Shown here: positions 36,880-47,505 of the stretch, piece by piece
Layout: each line of letters opens with the position of its first letter
Numbering within the stretch: the first letter of the stretch is position 1
Virus record (IMG/VR): IMGVR_UViG_3300027689_000001
Span: 1 to 64,000 of that record
Length of the DNA: 64,000 bases
Source of the DNA: a virus
Lineage: Duplodnaviria; Caudoviricetes
Direction: 5' to 3' (one strand)
Notes under the pieces: generated by a model
The model's database searches: none
What the model was told of the DNA's origin: nothing
Seen by the model: the letters and a program-made list of their open reading frames with translations, nothing else
Position numbers and translations under genes: made by a program

Positions 36880-38404
36880 AATAGTTATATCCTTTTAACT
36901 CATCACTAATATAACCTGATTCCATCGTCGCTGGGTCGCCCGCACGACTGCTGATTTTGCTATCTACATACTTATTTGTTAGTATTTCATCTTTTGTTGG
37001 AACCGCAACATCAATGTTATCTATAAAGTGTGCAAACTCTGGAAATGTTGTTTTGAAATCTTTGCCACGACGCACGTCGTATTGTATATAGAAGTTCTTA
37101 AAGTCGTTCCAAAGTTTTCCTTCTTCTGCTGTATCACTGTGCGGCGTTTTAATAATGTCTAGATAATCTATCAATCGTTCAACTTGTGCATATTCCCACT
37201 CACCAAGTAACGGTTGAGAGTTGCAGTCGTTGTCTGTTAAGTGTTTAGATTTTCTATTATCATACCATGTCTGTAGTTTGTCCCGATAAAATTCTTTGAT
37301 ATTGATCGGAAGGATAGCAGGACTTTGGAAACTTGGGAATCGTAGTATGTTCAATGAAATTTGGCAGTAACGATTACCATACTTGCGCTTAAACTCAAGC
37401 ATCTCATCCATAAATTCTGTTATGCTTGATAAACATAGACCGTTTATTGTCATCATCACAACAATCGACTTAAAATTTCCCTCGACGATAATCCGTTCTA
37501 AGTTTATTATCCATTGTTTGTAATCCATGCCATCGCGGATGTATTCGCTATGCGCACCAACTGATTCATTACTAGTGTATAAATCAAGATGTGGTACATG
37601 ATGACTTACCTCAATAAACTTATCAAGTAGATCCTGTTTGGGAACTAGATTGGAGTTTACAGCGTAACGCAGTTTCTTACCCTTTTCAGGATTGTTTTTG
37701 AACCAGTCAAACAATTTCCACACTGATGCTGCCATCAAAGGTTCACCGCCAGTGATGCGGATCTCTTCTAAGTTGTCCTGTAGTCCACTTTCCCACCATT
37801 TCCAAAATGCTTGGATGTAAGGATTGTTTCCTTCTTTGTCTGCTGCACTCGCCGCCCATGGTGCATCGTCTACGTAGTGTCCGCGAGAATCGCTGATGAT
37901 GTTACGGTATGGACCATGCTTCTTAATATCTTTGACCCAACTTGTGCTGAATGATGGGTTGCAATATGAACAAGCAAAATTACAGGTGCGGTCAAAACTA
38001 ACCTCTAGTATCTTGAGCATCACATCTTGCTCCCACGGCATGTCAACGGTGGTCTTTATATCTTCTTCCTTATAGATGTGAGTTTTCATCACACGGTCAG
38101 AAATCAAATCCTTACCAATATCTTCGACCTTCCAACAATACTCACATTCGTTGGGTCTTTTACCTTCTTGCATCAACTTACGCATCTTCTTCTTATGCTG
38201 CGTATTATGAATTGCAGATGGATTGGTCTTGATTTCTTCAGGATCAATCTTGTGCGCTGGAGGGTGATGGCATGATGTTGTCTGACCATGACCTAACCAA
38301 ATCGTAGCATTGTACCATTTTGCGGCGCAGTAACTTTCGCTGATGGGATCTATCACTCGAACTTTATATTGTGACAGTGACTCGTCTGGTTTATATGTCT
38401 TCAT
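36872..38404 (-). CDS. Radical SAM protein with N-terminal twitch/SPASM-like Cys cluster (6th of 6 in transcription order)
   Basis: CAAKW..SCHH..CEYCW; CNFACSYC; ITGGEPL. Start taken at MKTYKP (38404). Confidence 0.9.
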   Translation of the reverse strand: MKTYKPDESLSQYKVRVIDPISESYCAAKWYNATIWLGHGQTTSCHHPPAHKIDPEEIKTNPSAIHNTQHKKKMRKLMQEGKRPNECEYCWKVEDIGKDLISDRVMKTHIYKEEDIKTTVDMPWEQDVMLKILEVSFDRTCNFACSYCNPSFSTSWVKDIKKHGPYRNIISDSRGHYVDDAPWAASAADKEGNNPYIQAFWKWWESGLQDNLEEIRITGGEPLMAASVWKLFDWFKNNPEKGKKLRYAVNSNLVPKQDLLDKFIEVSHHVPHLDLYTSNESVGAHSEYIRDGMDYKQWIINLERIIVEGNFKSIVVMMTINGLCLSSITEFMDEMLEFKRKYGNRYCQISLNILRFPSFQSPAILPINIKEFYRDKLQTWYDNRKSKHLTDNDCNSQPLLGEWEYAQVERLIDYLDIIKTPHSDTAEEGKLWNDFKNFYIQYDVRRGKDFKTTFPEFAHFIDNIDVAVPTKDEILTNKYVDSKISSRAGDPATMESGYISDELKGYNYYV

Positions 38405-39584
38405 AGTTGATTGCTTTACAAAACTCAGGGAAAACATCAGAGAACAGTGTATTTCTGTAAGTGTCCAGTCTTTTATTATATGAAATAAATTGCCGAAACT
38501 TAGTTTCGTTACCATCTTTACGTAATGTCTGTGTTATGTTGTTACGAACATAATCAGGCATGGTTTGAATTTTCTCTATTACTTTTTCTTTAACTTCAGT
38601 AGGTAGATTCCAAGGACTTAGAAAATCTGGATCATAACACCAGTTATGATGTACCTTATATTCTTTGAAATAATCGAAAAATTCTTTGACATAAAATATA
38701 TTGTAACTGCTAATAGTTTGGCAAATACTTAAATCTATCCAATCTGCACCATTTAATTTAGAAAGATTAACAAGAAGTTCTTCCCAATTACTACCAGACC
38801 GTATGTAAGTATTTCTCTCATGAATATCATCAATACTAGCAGTGATAGAAGATTTCTTAAAATTCTTTAGTATTTCGAACAGTCTTTGTGGAATAGAAGT
38901 TAAATTGATATTATACCAAAGTTCGATATTCTGAGAAAGTCCACTTTCAACAAGCATGTCAAGATAATCTAAATGATGCATCATCAATGTTGGTTCGCCA
39001 CCATTGACATAGATTCGTTTTAGTTTAGAAGACTTATCATATAAATCTGCCCAGAAATCTTTATTGAGATACCAATCAACCTCAAACACTTTATAGTTGG
39101 TAACAAAATCTAATTCAGTTTGAAGTTTGTTATAATCTTTAATCCACTTAGAACTTGATATTGGATTGCAGGTTCTGCATTTTAAATTGCAAATATTACC
39201 AAGTCTCAATTCAATGAATTCTAGATCGATTTCAGTGATCCTACCATCAACTTCCATCTTCTCAACAATAGCAGGAACAGAAGAAAGATATCTTCCATTT
39301 TCTTCAAGTCGTTTGCTCTTAATGCCCACTCGTTCTTCATCATAACATCTAGTGCATGCTGCAGGTTCTATTCCTTGCAGCATTTCTAGTCTTGCAGTTT
39401 TAAATGTTTCTGAGTTTAAGACATCGTCAACCTTAGAGTTATTTAAAGTTAAGATTTTACCGTCATTTTTAGCATGACTAGCACAGTTCTTGTGATCGCT
39501 AATACAACATAGACTTACATTTCCATTCGGATGTGTTGCTAGATGTAGAAATGGTAATGCACAAACTTTAGATAAATTTATCAA
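38391..39584 (-). CDS. Radical SAM/twitch protein (5th)
   Basis: CALPF..LCC..CTRCY; CNLKCRTC; NGGEPT. TTG start at 39584 after GGAG is inferred (track start 39641). Confidence 0.9.
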   Translation of the reverse strand: MINLSKVCALPFLHLATHPNGNVSLCCISDHKNCASHAKNDGKILTLNNSKVDDVLNSETFKTARLEMLQGIEPAACTRCYDEERVGIKSKRLEENGRYLSSVPAIVEKMEVDGRITEIDLEFIELRLGNICNLKCRTCNPISSSKWIKDYNKLQTELDFVTNYKVFEVDWYLNKDFWADLYDKSSKLKRIYVNGGEPTLMMHHLDYLDMLVESGLSQNIELWYNINLTSIPQRLFEILKNFKKSSITASIDDIHERNTYIRSGSNWEELLVNLSKLNGADWIDLSICQTISSYNIFYVKEFFDYFKEYKVHHNWCYDPDFLSPWNLPTEVKEKVIEKIQTMPDYVRNNITQTLRKDGNETKFRQFISYNKRLDTYRNTLFSDVFPEFCKAINYEDI

Positions 39585-40809
39585 AACTTTTCTCCATCCA
39601 TGGATAAACACTTCTCCAACTTTGTCCCCTGCGTTGGTCAAGTCGATTTAAGTAGTTTTTCAGACGTTGTAATTTTACAGGGTCAGGTTCAGTCGAAACG
39701 ATCATATTACCAAAACCAGCAATATATGCTGTTGCATCTTTCCAGGGGCTGTTGGCAAGCGAATCATTCAATTTGTCTACAAACGGTTTCAATTCAGAAC
39801 CGAAAATTGCTGGATCCATAAACGTAGGAGAAGCAACAATATTAGCACCATAATTAATATGTTTTATCTTAGACCATTCGATTAATTTATCGACCAAAAC
39901 ATAAGCAGTCGGTAATGTTACTGACGATAATGTCGCCTGAATCGAGATCTTAACATTTTTTGATTGCAATAGAATGTTAAAATTATCTTGCCAGTTTTCT
40001 AGGGACATACCATGTCTAGCAAATTCTGCTTCTTTATCCCAGCAATCTATACTACAAACAATTTCAACCGATTTCAATTTACCATCTTCGACAAGTTTAT
40101 CGAGTTTTTGTATCGTTGCAATAAATTTAGGAGTAGGATGTTTGAGGTTTGAAAAGATTTTCCAATTTAATCTTGGGTGAGATCTTTGTTCAAAGAAACT
40201 TAAACATTCATAAAATTCTGGTTGGTATAATGGTTCACCGCCGAGCACTTGAAAGTCAAACAGTTCTTTGGAGTTGAAGTCCATCCAACTCCAAAATTTC
40301 TCTTTTATTTCAGCATAATTATCGACTGGTTTAAACGAACCGTCTAAATCATATTCGGATTCTAATGGACCATATTTCTTAATTTCTTGTTCGATTACGG
40401 AACTAAAAAGAGCATTGCAGTATACACATGCTTGATTACAAAGATTAGTAAAATAAACTTCTAAAATTCTTGGAGTAACTTTAGTTGCAAATGGATTATC
40501 TTTTAGTTCTGGGGGGCAACAATCGGCATCATTAATATATGCAGTGCGCTCACTCTCTCCACCAGCATCTTCAATTCTCTTGCAATATTCGCAACCGTTT
40601 CCAGGCCATTGTCCGTCAAGCATCTTCTCTCGATCTTTGACCTTTCCTGGATGGTTGTGGAAATCTTTAAAATCGATTTCATTCAAATCCCAACTATTGC
40701 ATCTGTGACAACTAGAGGTTGTGCCCTTTGAGAGAAAAATAGTACTCCACGTCCATTTGAATTGACATGCAGTTTTAGTTTCTATTGGAAACTTATGATA
40801 ATCAGTCAT
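39568..40809 (-). CDS. Radical SAM/twitch protein (4th)
   Basis: CQFKW..SCHRC..CEYC; CNQACVYC; LGGEPL. Confidence 0.9.
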   Translation of the reverse strand: MTDYHKFPIETKTACQFKWTWSTIFLSKGTTSSCHRCNSWDLNEIDFKDFHNHPGKVKDREKMLDGQWPGNGCEYCKRIEDAGGESERTAYINDADCCPPELKDNPFATKVTPRILEVYFTNLCNQACVYCNALFSSVIEQEIKKYGPLESEYDLDGSFKPVDNYAEIKEKFWSWMDFNSKELFDFQVLGGEPLYQPEFYECLSFFEQRSHPRLNWKIFSNLKHPTPKFIATIQKLDKLVEDGKLKSVEIVCSIDCWDKEAEFARHGMSLENWQDNFNILLQSKNVKISIQATLSSVTLPTAYVLVDKLIEWSKIKHINYGANIVASPTFMDPAIFGSELKPFVDKLNDSLANSPWKDATAYIAGFGNMIVSTEPDPVKLQRLKNYLNRLDQRRGQSWRSVYPWMEKSFDKFI

Positions 40810-42199
40810 GTCTTGTCCACCAATCGTATAATTCTGGATCTTCAGAATATATAGTTCTCAAATTAAGATTAGAATCATTTCTAATATGATCTAATAATTT
40901 TTGGTAATTCAATCCATTTTTAAATGATTGTTCTGCCTCATCGGGCCATTGTTCTTGAAAAGTTGGTCTATTCTTCATTTCCTGTAATGTTTTAATCAGA
41001 GTAAGTTGTTTATTCGTTCCACGGGGAATCATATACTCCAACAGAGAATCAATATGACGATCCAGAATATGTCGAGGCCAAGCAAACGGACTGAATACAA
41101 TATCTGCATGAAATGCAAACATAATTTTAGTTTCAATTCTAACGTCTAGTTCTTTACTGAGGTCGAAAAGGTTTTTGAGACTAAACATTCCTGGACCAGT
41201 AATGGTTAGATCAAGAACCATACGATCTTTGCCGTGTGGTAACTCGAGTCCTTTCTTAAAGTTCTCTAACCACTCTTTCCAAACTATTCCTTTGCGAATA
41301 AACTCTACGATCTCATCAGTTCCATCTATGCTTGCACAGATCAACCAGTTCTTAAACTGCGGGAGATAGTCATAAAGATTCTTACCGAAATAATCAACTC
41401 TACTTAGATTTGTATTATAACGTAAGTGGCAATTCTTTGCGCTGCCATTATCTACCATTTCTTGTAACGCCCACCAGTGGATATCATACATCAATGGTTC
41501 GCCGCCAACCCAGTAGCACTCTTCCACAATACCTCGAGTTACAGCATCGCGAAATTCTTCCTCTACCACTTCGGTCTGAAATTTTTGCATCTTTGCTTTG
41601 ACTTCTGGAATCATGAATGGTTGATTCTGTTTCGACCACATATTATGCTTACGCTTTTCTGCTTCCCAAGAAGAACTTAACTGTTCTCCGCACATGCGAC
41701 ATTTGAAATTACACAGATTACTAAACCGATAATCAAACGAAATAGGTTCCATTGTGGTATGACCTGTTTCGTCGGTTGAGTCAAAACATTCTTGAATCTT
41801 ATCATTAAATAGTGCGCCAGTGAACCAACTGCGATAGTTACTTACGCTGAGAATATCGTCGTTGCAAACATCGCACTGCGAGATACGTTCTCCCGCCATT
41901 AACTTGCGACGAATGTCTTTCATATATTCGCTGTTCCAGTGTTCCTTCAACGAGACTGGATTAAAATCATCTACCTCTGTTTTGCTTTCAGTAACTTCAC
42001 CATACTTGGAGTCATTACTCGCGTCGATGTATTGTTTCTGGAAACTATGCTGTTCTCTACTTGCACAGCACAGTCGTCTTTCCGCCTGTGGACTAATATA
42101 GGTGTGAGTCCACGGAGCAGTGCAAAAGACTTTATTTGGACTGTCTTCTTTTACTTTACCATGTTCCCACACAGGAAGAATTTTATCGCTCATTGACAC
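40802..42199 (-). CDS. Radical SAM/twitch protein (3rd)
   Basis: CTAPW..LCC..CDVC; CNFKCRMC; VGGEPL. Confidence 0.9.
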   Translation of the reverse strand: MSMSDKILPVWEHGKVKEDSPNKVFCTAPWTHTYISPQAERRLCCASREQHSFQKQYIDASNDSKYGEVTESKTEVDDFNPVSLKEHWNSEYMKDIRRKLMAGERISQCDVCNDDILSVSNYRSWFTGALFNDKIQECFDSTDETGHTTMEPISFDYRFSNLCNFKCRMCGEQLSSSWEAEKRKHNMWSKQNQPFMIPEVKAKMQKFQTEVVEEEFRDAVTRGIVEECYWVGGEPLMYDIHWWALQEMVDNGSAKNCHLRYNTNLSRVDYFGKNLYDYLPQFKNWLICASIDGTDEIVEFIRKGIVWKEWLENFKKGLELPHGKDRMVLDLTITGPGMFSLKNLFDLSKELDVRIETKIMFAFHADIVFSPFAWPRHILDRHIDSLLEYMIPRGTNKQLTLIKTLQEMKNRPTFQEQWPDEAEQSFKNGLNYQKLLDHIRNDSNLNLRTIYSEDPELYDWWTRHD

Positions 42200-43754
42200 C
42201 TAAACTATCTGTTTTGGTATTCCATCCATGTGCGATTTCGTCGCTGATATACCCTTCTTCGGTAGTAGCAGGATTACCAGTTCGTTCTTTCAATCCAGTA
42301 TCTTCTTTATAATTTTTACCAAGAATTTCTTCAGTTGTTGGAACTGGAACATCAACACTATCAATAAAGTCTACAAAAATTTGTGGGAATGTTTCGCGGA
42401 AGTTCTTACCACGACGCACATCATATTGTAGATAGAAATTCTTAAAGTCGTTCCACAACTTTGATTCTTCGCTGGTGTTTATATGTGGTGTTTTAATTAC
42501 GTCAAGGTAATCAATCAAACGCTGAACATGAGAACGTTCCATAAGAGAAAATAATTGTATGCCGTTTTTATCTCTTTCATCTTTACTTACGATGTCCAAC
42601 AACCATTTTTCCAATTTGTTCTTATAAAATTCCTTGATATTAATCGGGAGGATAGCAGGACTTTGGAAACTAGGAAACCGCAAAAGATTCAGGGTCATTG
42701 TTGGAAACTCTCTTCCATATGTTCGTTTTAGGTCGAGCATATCATCCATGAATTCAGTAATCGACGCCAAACAAAGACCATTAATTGTCATCATTATGTG
42801 CAATTTCTTTAGATTTCCTTCAGTAACTAATCGATGGATATTTTCTTTCCACTGATCGTATATCATACCGTCACGAATATAATCTGAGTGTTTTCCAAGA
42901 GATTCGTTACTGGTATACACTTCGAAATCAGGCACGTGATGCGACATCTCAATTAGTTTATCTAGTAACGCTTTCTTAGGAACAAGATTAGAATTCATCG
43001 CATATCTAAGTTTCTTGCCCTTCTCAGGATTGTTTTTGAACCAATCGAATAATTTCCACACTGATGCTGCCATCAAAGGTTCACCGCCAGTGATTCTAAT
43101 TTCTTGCAAATTGTCTTGAAGATCTGATTCCCACCATTTCCAAAATGCCTGAATGTAAGGATTGTTTTCTTCTTTTTCTGCAGCTGGTTTTGCCCACGGA
43201 GAATCATCGATAAAATGCCCTCGCCCATCACTTTGAATGTTACGGTACGGACCAAACTTCTTGATGTCTTTAACCCATGTAGTAGAAAATCCTGGATTGC
43301 AATATGAACAAGCAAAATTACAGGTGCGGTCAAAACTGATCTCGAGAGTTCTAAGAGTTACATCTTCTTCCCAAGGCATGACTGCAGCCTTTTGAATATC
43401 TTCTTGTGAGTAAATCCCTGTCTTGTATACTCGGTCAGAAACATTATTTCGACCAATGTCTTCCACCTTCCAACAATATTCACATTCATTTGGTCGCTTA
43501 CCTTCTTGCATCATCTTACGCATAAGTTTTTTATGCTGCGTATTATGAATTGCAGAAGGATTGTTTTCTAGTTCTTTTGGATCGATATTATGTCCAGGAG
43601 GGTGATGGCATGATGTTGTTTGTCCATGTCCTAACCAAATGGTAGCATTGTACCATTTTGCGGCACAAAATGTATCCGAAATCGGATCGATAACATTCTT
43701 CTTATACTCAAGAAAAATATCGGTCTCTTTTGTGTCCATTATAGTTCCTTGCAC
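42183..43754 (-). CDS. Radical SAM/twitch protein (2nd); close paralog of 36872..38404
   Basis: CAAKWYNATIWLGHGQTTSCHHPP; CNFACSYC; ITGGEPL. The start may be 43739. Confidence 0.9.
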   Translation of the reverse strand: MQGTIMDTKETDIFLEYKKNVIDPISDTFCAAKWYNATIWLGHGQTTSCHHPPGHNIDPKELENNPSAIHNTQHKKLMRKMMQEGKRPNECEYCWKVEDIGRNNVSDRVYKTGIYSQEDIQKAAVMPWEEDVTLRTLEISFDRTCNFACSYCNPGFSTTWVKDIKKFGPYRNIQSDGRGHFIDDSPWAKPAAEKEENNPYIQAFWKWWESDLQDNLQEIRITGGEPLMAASVWKLFDWFKNNPEKGKKLRYAMNSNLVPKKALLDKLIEMSHHVPDFEVYTSNESLGKHSDYIRDGMIYDQWKENIHRLVTEGNLKKLHIMMTINGLCLASITEFMDDMLDLKRTYGREFPTMTLNLLRFPSFQSPAILPINIKEFYKNKLEKWLLDIVSKDERDKNGIQLFSLMERSHVQRLIDYLDVIKTPHINTSEESKLWNDFKNFYLQYDVRRGKNFRETFPQIFVDFIDSVDVPVPTTEEILGKNYKEDTGLKERTGNPATTEEGYISDEIAHGWNTKTDSLGVNER

Positions 43755-45271
43755 TTTTTATAGAAATTATTTAATTCAGGAAAGGTCGTCATAAAATCAG
43801 TATTTCTTCTTTTGTCCATTTCGTCTACATACTCAGAAAAACGTTTCATGTCTAGTTGTTTCTGGCGAGGATCCATTCCTGATTTCAGTATATCTAGGTC
43901 TCGTTGAACCTTGTCGATTTCATATGGTTTGAATCCACGCAAACTTCTGTTATAATCTTCTTGCTGAACGTTATCGCGCATGAATTGTAGGCAGTCTTCG
44001 AATTGTTCAATCATCTCAGTTTCTTCGTGTAGTAATTTCATATTCAACCAAGAAGGACTGTGGAGCATAGGTATGTCGAACCAAATTCTTTGTGCGACAT
44101 TACGAATGAATGGAGGATGCTTGAAACCATCATGATCAGGTGGTTGAATTACTTTTCGTTCTTGTTTATCGAAAGCAAATTCTTCGCGAAGTTCTAGGAT
44201 CCATTCTAAGAATCCTCGCAGTCCAGGAACACTCAGAATATTAAATGTATTGATAATAGTAATACTTGTTCCTTGTGTTGAATGAAGAAACTTCGATACA
44301 TTTGATTTCAAGACAGCATAATCCATACCAGTTCGGATATATTCTGCTTGTTTACCAACACTATCGCAACTTACAAACAACGAGAAGTGTTTGATTGCTG
44401 GAGCAACATACCAATAATTACCACTATCTGGATTTAAACGGTCAGGGTTTTCCCACACTCTGACTTCTTCCAGTTTCTGAACCTTAGAAATAAACTTATC
44501 GAAAATATCAGGTTTTGGAGGACATAAGTTACTGGTAATGCTCACCTCAAGCAGAGAGTTGGGATGTTTATCAACATACTCCAGAACCTTCCACGTATTA
44601 TGATCCATCAAAGGTTCACCACCTGTCATGCGGAAAATCTTAAGATTCTTATAGAGATCTGGCCACCATTTCCAAAATGCCTCAACGTAGGGATTGTCTC
44701 GGTTCGCAACCTTCTTGGGCATCAGATTTATACGAGCGAGTGCATCAAGATCGTTATGCCTTGCATCGGTTAGTGGTATTGCACCATACTTTACGATTTC
44801 TTCTTCCCAAGCAGAACTTAGGTGTGGACTACAGTAAAGACATTTAAAATTACACGCCTGATTGAAGTTGACTTCCACGTATGCGGGAGTCCACGAGGCA
44901 TCTAATTCAGCATCTCCGAGAGTAATCTTCTCGAAGTCAGGAGAGTTCCACCATTCGCTACTACGATAATGTCGATCGCTCGTATGACCTGCATCTTCAA
45001 TACGCCAACAGTACGAACAACCTTTTGGTCGCTCGCCCTTGCGCATCATAGCACGTTCTTCAATTTTCTGGGGAGTATTGTGGAGTAATCCTGGATTTTC
45101 AGACAATCCTTCTAGAGGAATATCGTGTGTCGGCGGATGGTAGCAACTATGCGTCTTACCGTTAGTAAGATGCATACTGACCATATTCCATTTTGCAAGA
45201 CACATCGACGAACTAGCAGACTTCAGTCGCTCTTTCATCTTTTCTGTCACATCATGATATTCATTACTCAT
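43739..45271 (-). CDS. Radical SAM/twitch protein (1st)
   Basis: CLAKW..SCYHP..CSYCW; CNFKCLYC; MTGGEPL. Confidence 0.9.
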   Translation of the reverse strand: MSNEYHDVTEKMKERLKSASSSMCLAKWNMVSMHLTNGKTHSCYHPPTHDIPLEGLSENPGLLHNTPQKIEERAMMRKGERPKGCSYCWRIEDAGHTSDRHYRSSEWWNSPDFEKITLGDAELDASWTPAYVEVNFNQACNFKCLYCSPHLSSAWEEEIVKYGAIPLTDARHNDLDALARINLMPKKVANRDNPYVEAFWKWWPDLYKNLKIFRMTGGEPLMDHNTWKVLEYVDKHPNSLLEVSITSNLCPPKPDIFDKFISKVQKLEEVRVWENPDRLNPDSGNYWYVAPAIKHFSLFVSCDSVGKQAEYIRTGMDYAVLKSNVSKFLHSTQGTSITIINTFNILSVPGLRGFLEWILELREEFAFDKQERKVIQPPDHDGFKHPPFIRNVAQRIWFDIPMLHSPSWLNMKLLHEETEMIEQFEDCLQFMRDNVQQEDYNRSLRGFKPYEIDKVQRDLDILKSGMDPRQKQLDMKRFSEYVDEMDKRRNTDFMTTFPELNNFYKKCKEL

Positions 45272-45864
45272 TTAATACCAGTCACCATAAATCTGTAAAA
45301 ATGCCCACACTTCAACATACCAGCGTATTCTGGTTCTCTGACTCTGTTGATCAGCAGGAATTCCTCTAGAGTATCAGCAAGTCGAACATGCTCAGGATTA
45401 ACTAGATTATTTCCTTGGACTATGTATTTAGTCCCAGCAGGGATAGAGTTCCACCATGCATCGTAAACCTCTTGTGTTACATGTTCACTGCTGGTGTTGA
45501 TAACGAGATTCGGATATGGTTCATAAGACACCATACCATTGCTCATATCATGTTGTTGGTATTTAACATTCCTACTGAGATTGATTTGGTCAAATACAGT
45601 TTCACATTTAGAATCAAGATCTGTTGTTATGATATTAGTTTCAGGAAATCGTTCAGCAATAAATTGCGCCAGAATACCATACCAACCGCCGAAGATAACG
45701 ATAGATTTTGTCTCTTCTGGAATGCATTCGAGCAACCACTTCTTACTCTCGATCTGACTTGACCAGAAGTTTTCGGAGAATCTGTATGCATTATTCGGAT
45801 TATTGCGGATGTACTCCATCCACTTCATTACAATATCAAATTCAACCACGGCGCATTTTCGCAA
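45268..45864 (-). CDS. Class I SAM-dependent methyltransferase-like protein
   Basis: IVIFGGWYG motif I, TTDLD, VINTSSEH. Confidence 0.7.
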   Translation of the reverse strand: MRKCAVVEFDIVMKWMEYIRNNPNNAYRFSENFWSSQIESKKWLLECIPEETKSIVIFGGWYGILAQFIAERFPETNIITTDLDSKCETVFDQINLSRNVKYQQHDMSNGMVSYEPYPNLVINTSSEHVTQEVYDAWWNSIPAGTKYIVQGNNLVNPEHVRLADTLEEFLLINRVREPEYAGMLKCGHFYRFMVTGIK

Positions 45865-46243
45865 TCTCTAAAATTTGTTCATTATTGGTGACAGGAACAG
45901 CATTGCTCTTATGCAAGACACTGATGCCCTTGATTAATGTTCCAGTATATGTATTCTCTTTGCGAGCAAAGGTAACGCCAATACCATCACCAGAAGGATA
46001 CTTTTGACGATGATCGCTGACTTGATAGTCAGGAAGAGGGGTGCCACGCAACTTGGGATTGTAATTGCCTTGACGATAAGAGACATACTCATCGAACGTC
46101 TTAGTTTTAGAACCAATGCGCTTCATCTGCTTGTTGTAATCGATCCAGTCTTGGGAATACTTCGCAGTCACGCCCTTGTTAGAAGTTTTGCGCTTGCGAG
46201 TGCTGGTAGTAGTGAAGGCATGTGACATAAGTTGCATAGACAT
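45842..46243 (-). CDS. Hypothetical phage protein
   Basis: 133 aa ending YTGTLIKGISVLHKSNAVPV..IAKMRRG; first gene after the promoter at 46274-46302. Confidence 0.7.
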   Translation of the reverse strand: MSMQLMSHAFTTTSTRKRKTSNKGVTAKYSQDWIDYNKQMKRIGSKTKTFDEYVSYRQGNYNPKLRGTPLPDYQVSDHRQKYPSGDGIGVTFARKENTYTGTLIKGISVLHKSNAVPVTNNEQILEIAKMRRG

Positions 46244-46273
46244 AATATAATCCTTTTCATAGACGACATAGTC

Positions 46274-46364
46274 AGTATACCCGTATTCGAGACAAAAGTC
46301 AATGGAAAAAAGATTTTATTTTGACAAATAAGAGCTTGACTTTTCCGCAAGAATGGGGTATAGT
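46274..46364. promoter_or_regulatory. Divergent sigma70-type promoters (- 46274-46302 TTGACT-N17-TATACT; + 46336-46364 TTGACT-N17-TATAGT)
   Basis: Both motifs read directly from the sequence. Confidence 0.8.
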
Positions 46365-46379
46365 GGTAATAATAAATAA

Positions 46380-46616
46380 ATGGAGATTGTTATGAATGAT
46401 TTTGAAATTTCTACTGAAGCAGAAACTCTTTTGACTACGCTCGGTTATGAGTGGAATGGTTGGGGATATATCGCCGAAGATTTCCTCGAAGTCAACTTCG
46501 AATTGGAAGCGAATGGTATTCCGCAGTATCAGTCGTTCGAAGAGTTTCTTCGTCGTAAATTGGAATGGAAACAGTCGCTGAAGAGCGACATGATTGATGA
46601 AAAGGTTGTAGCATAA
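46380..46616 (+). CDS. Hypothetical acidic protein
   Basis: Downstream of the + promoter; the start may be 46392 (GGAG upstream). Confidence 0.65.
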   Translation: MEIVMNDFEISTEAETLLTTLGYEWNGWGYIAEDFLEVNFELEANGIPQYQSFEEFLRRKLEWKQSLKSDMIDEKVVA

Positions 46617-46786
46617 TGAGTACATCTATCCACGATCAAGAACTTGATCAACATTTTGGTCGAGTTGAAAGCGAACTTAACACGCAAGAAGTAACAGAAA
46701 CTCCTGTTGTATTTTTCCGATTCAACGAGGACAAGGACAATCCCCTACTTACATGGACGTGGCACGGTAAACCCCATCGAAGTTAG
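46616..46786 (+). CDS. Hypothetical 56-aa protein (not in track)
   Basis: TAATG overlap with the previous gene; MSTSIHDQELDQHFGRVESELNTQEVTETPVVFFRFNEDKDNPLLTWTWHGKPHRS. Confidence 0.45.
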   Translation: MSTSIHDQELDQHFGRVESELNTQEVTETPVVFFRFNEDKDNPLLTWTWHGKPHRS

Positions 46787-47505
46787 CAGGAGGTTCGCCC
46801 TCCATGCGCTCGAGCATCATATCGTAGTAATTGTTTAACTCTCTTTGCCAGCAATGCTGGCAAACTTTTTAGCATTTTCGACTACTTGGTATACATCCCT
46901 AACCAGTTCGGCAGTTTGCGGTCCGACGATGAGTTTGACTCCATAAGACTTGGTTTGACCTTCCAGACGAGCAGCCAGATTAACGCCATCACCCAAGCAA
47001 TTACAGTCAAAACGCTGAGTGCTGCCCATATTACCAACAACCACAGTGGCAGTGTTAATACCAAGACCCATCCCAAAAGCGGGCACACTTTCTCCTTTAA
47101 TTTCGTCATTGAAAATCTCCAAATCTTTTAACATTAAAAATGTCGTTGTGTGTTAATAAATATACTGGAAGATAGTAAAAATTACAGAGAATCAAACCGA
47201 GAGAGGAAGATAAATGCCAGAGCAAGAACAAGAAAAGAAACAAGACCCACAATTGTTGACAAATTCGGAATCGACACAGAATCACCACTCAGGAGAATTT
47301 CTAATAGATTGGTCTGTAACTGATGGGGATGTTGGGCACCTGAGAGAGTCGCTACAAGATTCGCAATTCCAGCAGCAGATACGCCAAGAATCACTATCTT
47401 ACCAGCCAGACCAGAAAGTGGTTCGCCAATTTCGACCGACTGAAATCGGTAGTTCGGATTAATGAAAACCCGACTGTATTCATCAGTCGGTACTTTCTTT
47501 AGCAT
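46749..47505 (-). pseudogene. Fragmented CHASE2-transmembrane-class III adenylate/guanylate cyclase
   Basis: CHASE2 piece LAGKIVILGVSAAG..HPHQLQ plus a TM helix (47182..). Cyclase piece GMGLGINTATVVVGNMGSTQRFD..LGDGVNLAARLE (46835..47134) lacks the N-terminal half of the catalytic domain. The C-terminal YYDMMLERMEGEPPANFDGVYRATSM-stop is in another frame and ends at 46749. Confidence 0.8.
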
